The notes under the pieces: model-generated
What the model saw: the letters and a program-made list of their open reading frames with translations, nothing else
What the model was told of the DNA's origin: nothing
Database searches by the model: none
Assembly (NCBI GenBank): GCA_030265395.1
Contig: JARFYF010000094.1
Span: forward strand, 29,138,919 to 29,202,918
Source: Rhina ancylostomus
Taxonomy: Eukaryota
Direction of reading: 5' to 3'
Length of the DNA: 64,000 bases
Part shown: piece after piece, positions 52,590-64,000 of the stretch
How positions within the stretch are numbered: position 1 is the first letter of the stretch
How the letters are laid out: each line of letters begins with the position of its first letter
Translations under genes and position numbers: made by a program

Positions 52590-54560
52590 TGCAGCAGCAT
52601 TAGAATGGATAACAAAAAGCTTGGTTGAATAGATGGTTTTAAGGATCAAATTAAAAGGACAGAGAAGGGTAAAGGTGGAAAGCTTTAGGGAGTGAATTCC
52701 AGAGCATGAGAATTAGTAGAAGACATGACTAGCAATGGTGGCACAAGGAAGGTTGGGGTAGGATAGGGTGTGGGGTTTGATGATAACCCCAGAATTGGAG
52801 GAATGTGAAAATTTCAGTGGGATGCATTTCAGGAGGTTGATGGTGATTAGAGATATGGGGTGGGTGGGGGAGGCCATGGCAAGATTTGACCAGAAAGAGG
52901 ACCTCACAATGGAGTCCTTTATAAAATAAGAGAAATCATAGATCAGCAAAGGAAGAAGTGATAAATAAATGGGATTATGAATCAAGATCCAGATAATCAA
53001 GCTTTGGATAAGTTTGAATTAATGAATATTGAAATTAAAAGGCTCCACCAAGAGAACATTGGAATTAAGTCTAGATAGAACATAAGCATGGATGATTTTC
53101 AGCAGCTAATGAGCTGGGAGGACAGTGTCAATAGAAATCTACTTAAAGTTTTGGCCTGGGTAACAGAATAATGTGAATTTAAAAGCTCACCTCAAGGTCA
53201 ATTACAATGCAGAGGTTGAGATTAGTTTGGTTCAACCCAAGTCAGTGGCTGAGAAAAGGCAATGGAGTTTGTAGTCAGATGGGAAGATAATGCTTTGAAT
53301 TTTCCCCCATGTTCCCACTGGACTCAATGCTGAAGCGTTGGGCAACAAAGGCAGAGGAGGGGTCAGGACAGTTGTGGTGAGGTAGAGCCAACTGCTCTCG
53401 GAGTGTGTAAATTTACACTGTGGCTTTGGGATGATGGTGCGAAAGGGTAACGTGCATTTGGGAAATAAGGTGGACCAGAGGCAGCAGTGCAGGGTTAGGA
53501 AGTGAAGCCATTGCAGGATGTTATCTGTCCATGACTGAATACGCAAGAATGGAACAAGGCAAGNNNNNNNNNNNNNNNNNNNNNNNNNNNNNNNNNNNNN
53601 NNNNNNNNNNNNNNNNNNNNNNNNNNNNNNNNNNNNNNNNNNNNNNNNNNNNNNNNNNNNNNNNNNNNNNNNNNNNNNNNNNNNNNNNNNNNNNNNNNNN
53701 NNNNNNNNNNNNNNNAGTGCTGTGTTAGTTTGGAATCCTAGGAGTCAATCATGGAATTATGGGAAAAACAGGCACGGCTTTGCTGGTGTTGAAAAAGCAT
53801 GAGTAGCAACCAAGGAACTGGGTGATTACAAATTTGAAAGAGAAGCTGCTACTTTCATGGATTTTACAGCATCAGTGTGTGTGGAAGTGAAGCCGGGTGG
53901 TAGTTTAAGTGAAATAGGGCCAAGAGAGCATATATGACATGGAAAAAATTGAGCTCAATACACAAGGGATGAAAGGGAATAAGGTTAAGAAAATTATCTG
54001 GTTAGCTAGCAAAAGGGACAGGATAGAAATGAGGAGATACACAAACTCTCTGCAGGGTTTCAGAAAATGTAGAATCATCTCTACATTTCAAGTTAATCCA
54101 GGAATAGTGAATTGTTTGTGCAGAAGAGAGCAAAACCCCAATATCATTTGATGTATCCAAGCTGATTACGCAATGAGTAGCTCAACATGCTGTGCACGAC
54201 AAGTGTTCGAGCTGTCACCCTTGGATTTAAGGGACTGAAATCGGGGCTTGCACCGAGATGAATAATGAACCTATGAGAGTTCAAGTTTTTTACGTGGACA
54301 ATGTCATTCATGACGTGATAGCTTGACAGAGCTGACTGGAAGCTGTAGAAGTTTTGTAGTAATGCAGGCTCAAAGGCTCAACAATTAGAAATTTTGAAAA
54401 GTTGTTTTATTGATTTTGGTGAGAGTTTTTCCAGGAGCAAACAGAACCAGGAAGTGGGGTTAGGAAAGGGAAGTGAGTGAGGTGGAATGAAAAGTGGTAA
54501 AGTTGTGAATGAAACTACAGGAAAAAGGGGTTGGAAAGTATCAAAAGAATGGTTATGAAT
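52590..54560 (-). mobile_element. Decayed L2-clade LINE
   Basis: Minus-strand translation TLPFRTIIPK...KFTHSESSWLYLTTTVLTP resembles L2 RT (LPLGDIIRKH...FHMYADDTQLYL). Collinear with 31840-32700. Confidence 0.7.
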
Positions 54561-57388
54561 ATGGGAAGTTTACATGGAGGGAAAGGTCGAGGGTTGTGGG
54601 ATGGTGAGGGAAGGGAAAAGGGTGAGGGAAGTGGGATGGACGGTTCACTCAGAATGACAAGGATGAGGTTCCATCTACTGCGAAACAGCTTCTGTTTTTG
54701 GAAAAGAAGCTTTCGTGCAAGTCTTTAATACACCATTCTTTCAATTGAATCTCTATGCTTCTGACATGTGAATTATCCTAATCCTGTGTAGTCCACACAT
54801 GTGCGGAATGGACTGGATTAGGTCTAAGAGCCAAACTTAGTAAATTGAATTTTGAAGCTCTGGTATTTTGTTTTAGCAATTAGTCATCTGCAGATTCTTT
54901 ATTTATGCATAATGCATTCAGAATTATAATAGTGACCTTGGCTAAAACATTGGACTACTGCATTTGGAATGCACATTGAAACTCTCTAGCCTGGCTGCCT
55001 TGGGACTCAATACTTGCCTGACCACAGCAAATCCAAACCACAGAAATTGTCCCTGATCATCTTCCTCTGAGCAGGACCACTGTTCTTTCTAAGTATAGGC
55101 ACTCCCTGGGTCACATAAAGGTTCTAAGAATTGTCAGCAACCCAAAGTTTCCCTAATTCAGAAACGCTGTTGGCTGGGATCGGCAAAGTTGCACTGGTAC
55201 ATTAACTAGCTACACGCGAGTACAAATCTTAGTTAATTTTAGATCTTACTCATAATTTGTTAATTAGTACAGATCTGTACTACAGATTCAAAGTACGCCA
55301 GACTAGGGCAGTTGGCGGACCACAGAATGCTGGACCAGTGTTTCAACCTGTAATGTATACGGACAAAAAGGGTAATCAGATTCACTAATGTATTCTGAAA
55401 GAAGTTATAATGATGATGATCAGATTCTTTGACCATTCCCATATAGTATAACCTGGGATCATAGCAAACAGCAAAGGCAAATCCCAAGGTCATCCACAAA
55501 TTAATGCCAGATAATACATTCCCAATCAGATTTTACAATCTGAAGGCTAGCATTAAAGTCAGTGGAATTATTAATGTTAATTACCTAAATCCTTGTTGCA
55601 GTGTTTGGATCATCTTCTTGTATCTTGTGATACACTGATTTAAGATGGGAACAGATACATCCAGAGGCTTTTTACTCCTCCTCTCTCAATACCAAACCCA
55701 CTTTGGCTGACAGACCAGATACAATTTTTAGTCCTCGCCACAGTTGCAAGATTACAAATGACCTTTTGTAGGCATTTCCTAAAGCATTCCTTTAAAGCGA
55801 CAGCTTGACACTACTGATTTCAAACCAAACCTCAGGCCAGTTTGAGCTCCTTCTGGCCACTAATTGTATTTGAAATGATTTTATATTCCAACATAATAAC
55901 AGGGTTAACCATATGACCACTGGGTGCACTATTCTTCATTAACTGGACCTTAATAACTCACATGCACTCTGTATGGTGCCTATTTTTCCCTCAGTCATTA
56001 AATGCTAACAGTTGGTGTGATAACAGTTTTGTGATCCAGTCTCTTCCTTCTGTGTGTTTGCAGAATCCAGTCCCAATTTTCATGATGTTTGTCAATCATC
56101 CATTCTTACCATCCCAGCTCCCAATGTATAAAATATCATTGGTCACCCCTAACTGTAGGGAAAAAACCTTTATTGTTATTAGGTTTAGCTAAAGACTAAT
56201 TGCATTAAAGCAGCATAAAATAAAAATCTCAAATTTGGTAGGATTAAACACAGATGTGCTGTCAAAATGATCAGCATATAGGGCCTAGCTAAATAGTGTT
56301 GATGGTGTGTTGCAATAAATGACTGTTAAGGTATTTAGCAACACAAGGTCAAACACAGGATTAGGGCTTCAGGAACTTAAATCAGGTGAACTGCATCAGA
56401 AATCAATGAAGCTATCAAATTTTAGTCTAAAGGCTTGCAACTCAATATGTCAAGGCACGAACACAGTNNNNNNNNNNNNNNNNNNNNNNNNNNNNNNNCT
56501 GTAACAAACTGAACTTCATATTTTGTGTAATAATGGCAAAAGTTGAGTTCTGCAAATCTTAAATCATTGGACAGGGCAATATAAAACATATTACACCATG
56601 CATTAAATATTTGTGACAAGTTCCTTGCTATTCTATCCAAATTATGGGAATGAAAGGCATGATATACAAATGTGACACTTCACCATGATTTTAGATTAAT
56701 AATCATTTTGTAAAACTTTCAATTTTGACAAAAGCGTATAATGAGCTTTACCAGATTGAGAATCTGCTCAATTTCCTATCCATTGACTTCAAATGGAAGA
56801 GTCACGAGATCAGGCAAGGCACATAACAGCTGACTCATCTGATATTGCCTGTTATACACCCCCGCCATTATTGAAAGTTCCAGTGATAATCTAAAACATA
56901 ATCGAGTAGTGTGAATTATGGATGTGTTTTTAAGTTTCATAAGGAAGCAAAATTTGAAATTTAAAAAGACATTTTCAATGTTATGTCTCCTTTTCCTTCA
57001 TTGTTTTATTTCAGAAATTTGCCTTTTAAAATAAAATCTCTAGGACAAATGCTTCATTTGTCAAAAAATAAACAGCATTAATTTAAGCTCGTGGAACCAA
57101 TGACTTTGATGGATAAGGTGGACATATCCATTTCTAATGGAATGTTGCATCTCAGCAAGTAAACAACTACAATGACTATGAAAACATCAGGGTGATCCCT
57201 GTCAAAGAGCTTGTGCCCCACAAATGTAGGCAAATGAGTTCTGCCAGCATGATCAGTTTGAAACCTGCACTGATGAACGCAAGCATACTCATGGATATAT
57301 GGCTGAATGGACATAAATGGAACATAGTATGAGCCTTTATAAATAAGGCAGCAAGATGGAAGCAGCAAATATTGATTTATCTACCAAC

Positions 57389-57477
57389 CGTATTTTGATT
57401 AGGGCCCATTAAGTAGAAGCAAGACTCCCCGTGCTTGTCGCTTCTCATGCATGAGGAGAGATTAGGAGGTATCATCG
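57389..57477 (-). CDS. MAGI1: MAGI1b-type 89-nt cassette exon
   Basis: Acceptor ttctgccctcAG (57479-57478). Reads (G)CG ATG ATA...: AMIPPNLSSCMRSDKHGESCFYLMGPNQNT. Donor GTTGGT at 57388-57383. Resembles recalled human MAGI-1b AMIPPNIAACMRNEKLGEACFYLMGHNQT. Confidence 0.9.
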
Positions 57478-58726
57478 CTGAGGGCAGAACGAAGAGCCCA
57501 GCACCCATGAAAGACGAGAAAGAAAAAGAGCAGAAGATAGATTTAGATTCCCTATTAGTAAGCAGCAACAGGATTGATCACTCTGTTGATCATGGAAAGA
57601 TGTTTATTATTGTTCCAGTCAGATTGTCCAGGCAAAAAAACAATTAGACTGCAAAGACAGCAGTGGCAGGACCAAAAGATACAGCAAAATGAGCACCAGA
57701 AATCACTAATGGGAAATTCACTCCATTTTTATCACAATACAATAAGTCAAAATAGTATGTAAACAATGATTCATTGAAATATTTACAAACTCTACATTTA
57801 AATCCATGGAAGTTATGAATTGTATTAAAAGTAATTACAGAACTTGTTACAAAAATATATACCCTTACAGAGAGATCGTTTCAATGGAGATTTTAAAAAA
57901 ATCATAAGTTCAGGAAGTTCAGAATTCTATTTTTGGTAATTATGTATTATTTTAAAATAATATATAATCCCCTTCATTTGGTCTCTAGAGGGATGTTAGT
58001 AGCTGTAGCTGTTCTCATGTTTTTCTGTAAAACTTCACATACCTTTCAAGGAAGCAGCAGATCATTATACAAATCATTAAAGGGGCTTGAAATTATTTAT
58101 TTTGGATAAATCATCTTGTTAAAGAGACACCNNNNNNNNNNNNNNNNNNNNNNNNNNNNNNNNNNNNNNNNNNNNNNNNNNNNNNNNNNNNNNNNNNNNN
58201 NNNNNNNNNNNNNNNNNNNNNNNNNNNNNNNCCTTCTCATAGAAAAGGCCTGGAGTATGAGTACTGCTGATGTGTACTTTTGCAAATTTTCCACACGTAA
58301 CTGGAATTGCTCTGTGCTGTCAGTTAATAGCTAAATGTTCACAACTAAAAGGATATAAAATGCAGTGTTTTAAAATGCTTTAAATAAACATGATAATTTA
58401 AATTAATAAATATTAGAACACTTCTATTCAAGATTTGGCCACAGGGTGTAAACTTAATGGCAGTTTCATTCCTGTTTAACTATGACAAGAAGCTTTATAA
58501 TTGTATGCTCAGTAGGCATTTGAACTGCAGAGAATTTAATACAGTTAAAATACTATTGCAAAATATGCTGTCCTGACTAATTGCTTGTATACTCCAGCCC
58601 ATTCCAAATCAAAATGGTGAATACACAAAATTAGTACCAGCTGTTTAGAACCAAAATCTGTACATTTTTGAAAGAAGAAAAAATTCCTAGATTTTAACTG
58701 AAAAGAGAGAAGGAAAAAAAAATCAC

Positions 58727-58906
<180 letters not shown>

Positions 58907-61900
58907 CTAGAAGTGAGAAAGTCATAAATATAAATAAGATTTTAGAAAAGCAGCACAAGAGGACTTCTGAGAATAATCAGGTCAGATTGACCATGCTGGT
59001 TAAAGGCTTCTTGATTCGATTCTTTACCCCCTCCTTTTGAAGCTGCTGATTTGTATTGGATTATGATTTCTCAAGCATCAAATTCTCTGTGGAAGTCTTC
59101 CTGCCTGGCATTTTTTTTTTACAGCTGCATGTATCATCAGACTGAGGGTAAAGAGTAAAGTTCAGAGGTCTATCTATTACTCCTAAAATCTAAGACATTT
59201 GACACACATTTTCCATCATGGACTTCTGGATCTTTTTTGTAAAAAGAACCCTGGCTGATTTTCTTTCTCATCTCCACAGTTCAGCAGTATTGAGGTTAAA
59301 TAGAGTTACCCCATTAATTGCTTAGAGCAGGAATTGAACCAGGAGCTTCCTAATGACACAGGGTGCTTTAAATTATAAGTGAGAGATTTTTAGACAAAAG
59401 AAAACACAAACAAGTGCATAAATAACATCAACAGAAGCAAAGATGTACATTTAAGATTTGGAACGGATATGCCATTGTGCTCTTAAGTATAGTTGAAAAA
59501 TAACATGTGCTTTGCTGAAATGCAATAACATGGAAAGATATTAAAATCTNNNNNNNNNNNNNNNACCACATCACCAGCTGGAAAAGCGACAGGGGGATAA
59601 TTGAAATAATCTGCATCTATCTGCCTGACTGTCACATGAACCCCCTAGAAAATACAATCACAACTTGATGAAGCTTGTAATTTTATTAGATGCCAAAAAT
59701 TACATTCAGTGAAGCACAGTTGATCATTTCAAGACACCATGAGATTAAATAGTGCTAAATTGGATTAAGTCAGACTCTCACATCTGAAGAGCCCTTTGTT
59801 GAGTTTCAGATTCAAATTTAGTCTCACCAAAACTAAGACCGTGATGAGTAAACATGTTGAGAACTGGTGAATTTTTTTTTGAAATTATGGGAGAGGAATA
59901 TCAGGACAGTACATGGACCTGTGTCATTTCATAAATGCAGCATTAGTGGAAACGAACACAATTTTTCTAAGTGATTCTAAAACCAACATATATACATGAT
60001 GAAAAACACATTGAACTTGGTTGTGATCAGCTGTGATCAGACTGGGGATGTGCTGTGGTGGGAGAGGGAAGGGGGCACATTTTCACCCCATGCTACAGGT
60101 GGCCAGCATTTTTAATACAACAAAACTTAGAGGGAATAGTGAGAGAGATTTATAAAACATACAAATGTCTGAGTAATGTCACTTCAATTGCAGGACTGAC
60201 TACCTTCAGCATGATGTACATATTGTTAAACTGATAATAACAAAGGTTCTAAGTTGCAGTTTTTTTGATCCATTTTCTGTCAGCAGTTATTGAGTGAATG
60301 AACATAGGTAACATCTCCCCTTTCCTTCTGAAGCTGCATACTTGTACTGGATTAAGATTCCCCAGGCATCAAGTACTCATTGGAAAATTCAGCTGGTTAT
60401 GTTTCTTTTCGCAGCAAGTGGCACCATGCTGATGATGTCATTGTATGCCAAATACGATGGGCAAATGACATCAGCATTGCCCAGTCCAATTTCCCAATGA
60501 GCAAGACTTCAACAGGAAATGGGTGAAAACTTCAAAGTATGCTTAAGTCACTTGGAATGTGCTATTTATGAACGTAAACAAAAAAAAAGTGGATTTTGTC
60601 TCATTCACATTGCAGGCAATCAAGTGGAGAAGTCTGGAACAGACCTAAAATATCTGATATTTTGGAGTGCACTGTTAAGATATTATTCAATTCTTGATGA
60701 GTGAAAGACAATATTTTCTCTATTAATATATCTATAAATCTATTATAAAAAGATAGCAATACATTATAGCATGGGCAAGGGCAGCACTCTGTTAACTAAC
60801 CTTCAATGGAATGTAAAATTGTACAGTGTGTAAAACAGGTGTCTTGATCCAAACATATCATTTTCTCCACAAAAAATACCCCATGAAGATCTCTGAAAGG
60901 ACCAACTGAACCTATTTTTTTTTTAAAGTTTTCTGAAGCAGAAATAAACACTGGCAACATAAACTGAAGCAGTGCTGCCTCAAAATAATCTCTGTGTGCT
61001 TTGTGTATTTGTTAAACCATGGAAATCTTATAAGAACCAAAACATATTTGAAAATGACTGCTAAATAGGACAGAGGCTACAACAGGGACATCAATCTCAA
61101 CATTATTTAACTGAAACAGTTGCTAATCTACATGCAATTATTTCAGGAGATTAATGGAACCACGCGCTGCTCTTCTGCACTGATGTCCTTTATTGTTCAA
61201 GTTTAAACTATTAATGTTTTTTGTATTAATATTTATGAATGGCCTTTTCAATTGAGGCAAATTAAATAGTGAGGAACTATCTTATTATATATTACCTTTT
61301 AGGAATCTAATTGCCATGAACAGGATTCAAGGTGTATTTGATGTTCAAACCACTATTATCGTTAATAGATATCAACATCATGCAAGGGAAAGATTCAAAA
61401 ATAACTCAATGTCTTCCTATTCACCATTAGAATATTATGCATGCACTAATAATCTTTATAAAATGCAAATTATAGTGACAGACTACTTCTAGTAGAGTAG
61501 AAAAGGTCAGCTGTAGTATCAATGCGAGGAAAGGCAGATGTTGTTATTTCAAAATATTTTCACCTGAAAACTTGAGCATCATCATTTTAACCTGGCAGAT
61601 AATTATACTGCCAACCAGGCTGCCCGACTATACACTCACTAATAGTCACTGAAGATTATTCATCTTATGTGACTAATGCATTGATGCCTTCTCCATGAAA
61701 CAGAAATATCAGAATGCAATAAGCATCTCAGTTTTGCTTAAAATAATGCAGCACAGTCATGGTTCCCAGTCTTCTTCAGTCTTTGAATTTCTCTAATATT
61801 TGAATTTGTAAACACATCTGCAAATTATAACATCTTCTACAACATTAGATGACTCTATTCCATGATTTTCAGTTTTAAGCTAAAGAACAGTTCTTTGATT

Positions 61901-62036
61901 TAAATAATCACATAATGACATAATGTTTCATTCCTCACTTGCAGTTGCATTTTTTGATTTTATATTTGATGGATCAAACATTTCAAAGCTTGAGAGTGTA
62001 ATCCTGTCTTCTGGTATCTCATAATAAATAAATCTA

Positions 62037-62402
<366 letters not shown>

Positions 62403-63454
62403 TCAGGGACAGAGGAGACAACATATCACAGTCTCTTCAGTTTGCTTGGGTGTTTCCCTATTTCCTGCCTTTGCAGAATCTCCAAGGAATTTTTTAACTA
62501 GTAATTAATTCAGCCCTTGGTCTCAGATCTCCATCGGCTTTTTAGACCAGCTATCTTCCTACTCCAAACACGAATCGAAACAAAAGAGCAGAGATCCTAT
62601 TAGCATAGGACAAATTTTAAATACTACTTATATCGACAGACATGAACCTCATTGGCATCTTGAAAATCTGCCAATAATTATTCATTCTTACAGAAACAGG
62701 TTTGTCTATTTAAACACCATACCAACACCCTTGTCTTTGCATAATACATGATGTATTAAACATTTTATTCAATGCAGTTTTTAAGTCAGGTTTTTCCTTC
62801 ATAAATTGCTACATTCGTATTTGCAGTAAAAATGCCTTTACAGACTTGACACACTGGGCATTCACCCTCCTGCTTATGCTAGCACAGTTGTGCCTCAATT
62901 TTATAATTTCTGGCAATGTACCTGGCAAAAAACTATTCCAATTGACTGAACCTTCCACATTTGTGTTATTAAAGATTTTTTTTTACAAGGAGCAGAAAGT
63001 ATGAATTTAAAATGGAAGCTCAATTGCCCTAGTCCAATCTTGGACACCCTGAAGATTATAAATGTACAAGAACTTGTTGCCAGCAGCATGCCATCTCGCT
63101 CATTGCTGACCAACTTATTAAAATCTGCTGAACATGCGCAGATATGCTGGCATTAATTTCTTTGGAAATTTTACCCTGATCTTCAATGGGGAAGGCAGCC
63201 TTGTGCAACATAATGTTGTCAGGTGGGAACGTCTGAGCAAAGCTGACCCACAGCCCAGCTGAAATAAACAATGGCAGACACTGGAACCACACCCCATCTT
63301 AGCTTTGAATGGCCGAGAACCAGAAACATTCAGGAACTATATAAAACAAGATTAAAAGCAAAAAATGATTAAAGCAATTGAAAATTGAAAGCTAAAATCA
63401 CATCTACATATCTCAGTATTTTTTTTTAATATATTTTCCTCACATTCCATCTGT

Positions 63455-63667
63455 TCTCACCAGATTTTCCCCACTCACCTACACACTGGGGACAATTTTC
63501 AATGGCAAATTAACATACCAACCCACAAGTCTTTGGGATGTGGGAAAAAAACAGAATGCCGAGGAAGAACATGCAAACACCACATAGATAGCACCCAAGG
63601 TCAGGATTAAATCAAGTGTCTGGTGCTTTTAGGTAGTAGCTTTATTTGCTGTGCCACTGTGCTGCCT
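63455..63667 (-). mobile_element. HE1-like V-SINE
   Basis: Minus strand starts ggcagcacagtggcacagc...gatttaatcctgacc...tgtggtgtttgcatgttct...tcccacatcccaaagac. Confidence 0.8.
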
Positions 63668-64000
63668 TAAGTCAGGACTGTTCCCCTCCATGGGCCAGAT
63701 TCAACAGGCAGATTCCAGAGGGAAAGCAATGGGGAACTGCTGCCAGTTCACACTCACCACTATACTTTGAGCACAGGTGACAATATCTCAGCCAAAGGGC
63801 CAACAAATTTATGACTTTTGCATTCTTGCTGAAATCTCAAACTTGGTGGCACTTAAAGAATGGTTGACAATTTGGCATTCCCTAGCAAATTCCCACCCTA
63901 ATGCATGGCATAACGCAATGCAATCAATTAAAATGAATTAATTTAAAAATATTTATCTAGCTCAACGCAATTCAGATTTCTTGGCCTTTATCCAAACGTC

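Noticed and set aside
54655-54695. ggatgag...cgaaac hammerhead-like spacing
   Set aside because: The core lacks CUGA and no stem II can form.

Overview
Vertebrate genomic DNA, AT-rich, with many N gaps. The repeat repertoire (CR1/HER1-type LINEs, HE1/V-SINEs, a Deu-SINE, Penelope, Rex1/Babar) points to a cartilaginous fish; this is inferred. The minus strand carries the 3' end of MAGI1: two PDZ5 exons (62046-62189, 58768-58906), an intron read-through tail (MAGI1a-type, to 58727), an 89-nt cassette exon (MAGI1b-type, 57389-57477) and the terminal exon (38151-38917, MAGI1c Arg/Ser-rich tail ending ECSTDLSI), followed by a ~1.6 kb 3' UTR. All three mammalian C-terminal isoforms can be reconstructed, including dual-frame use of the last exon. 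Positions 1-36.5 kb are downstream intergenic DNA with decayed transposons: a Gypsy relic with a displaced RT duplicate, Penelope foldbacks with hammerhead-core remnants, a possible Rex/L1 chimera and a Tigger-like MITE. Other signals are a 33-bp near-perfect hairpin in the last intron and several RFX X-box-like motifs. I found no clearly novel multi-gene system. Repeat boundaries are approximate, and homology calls come from recalled sequences, not database searches.
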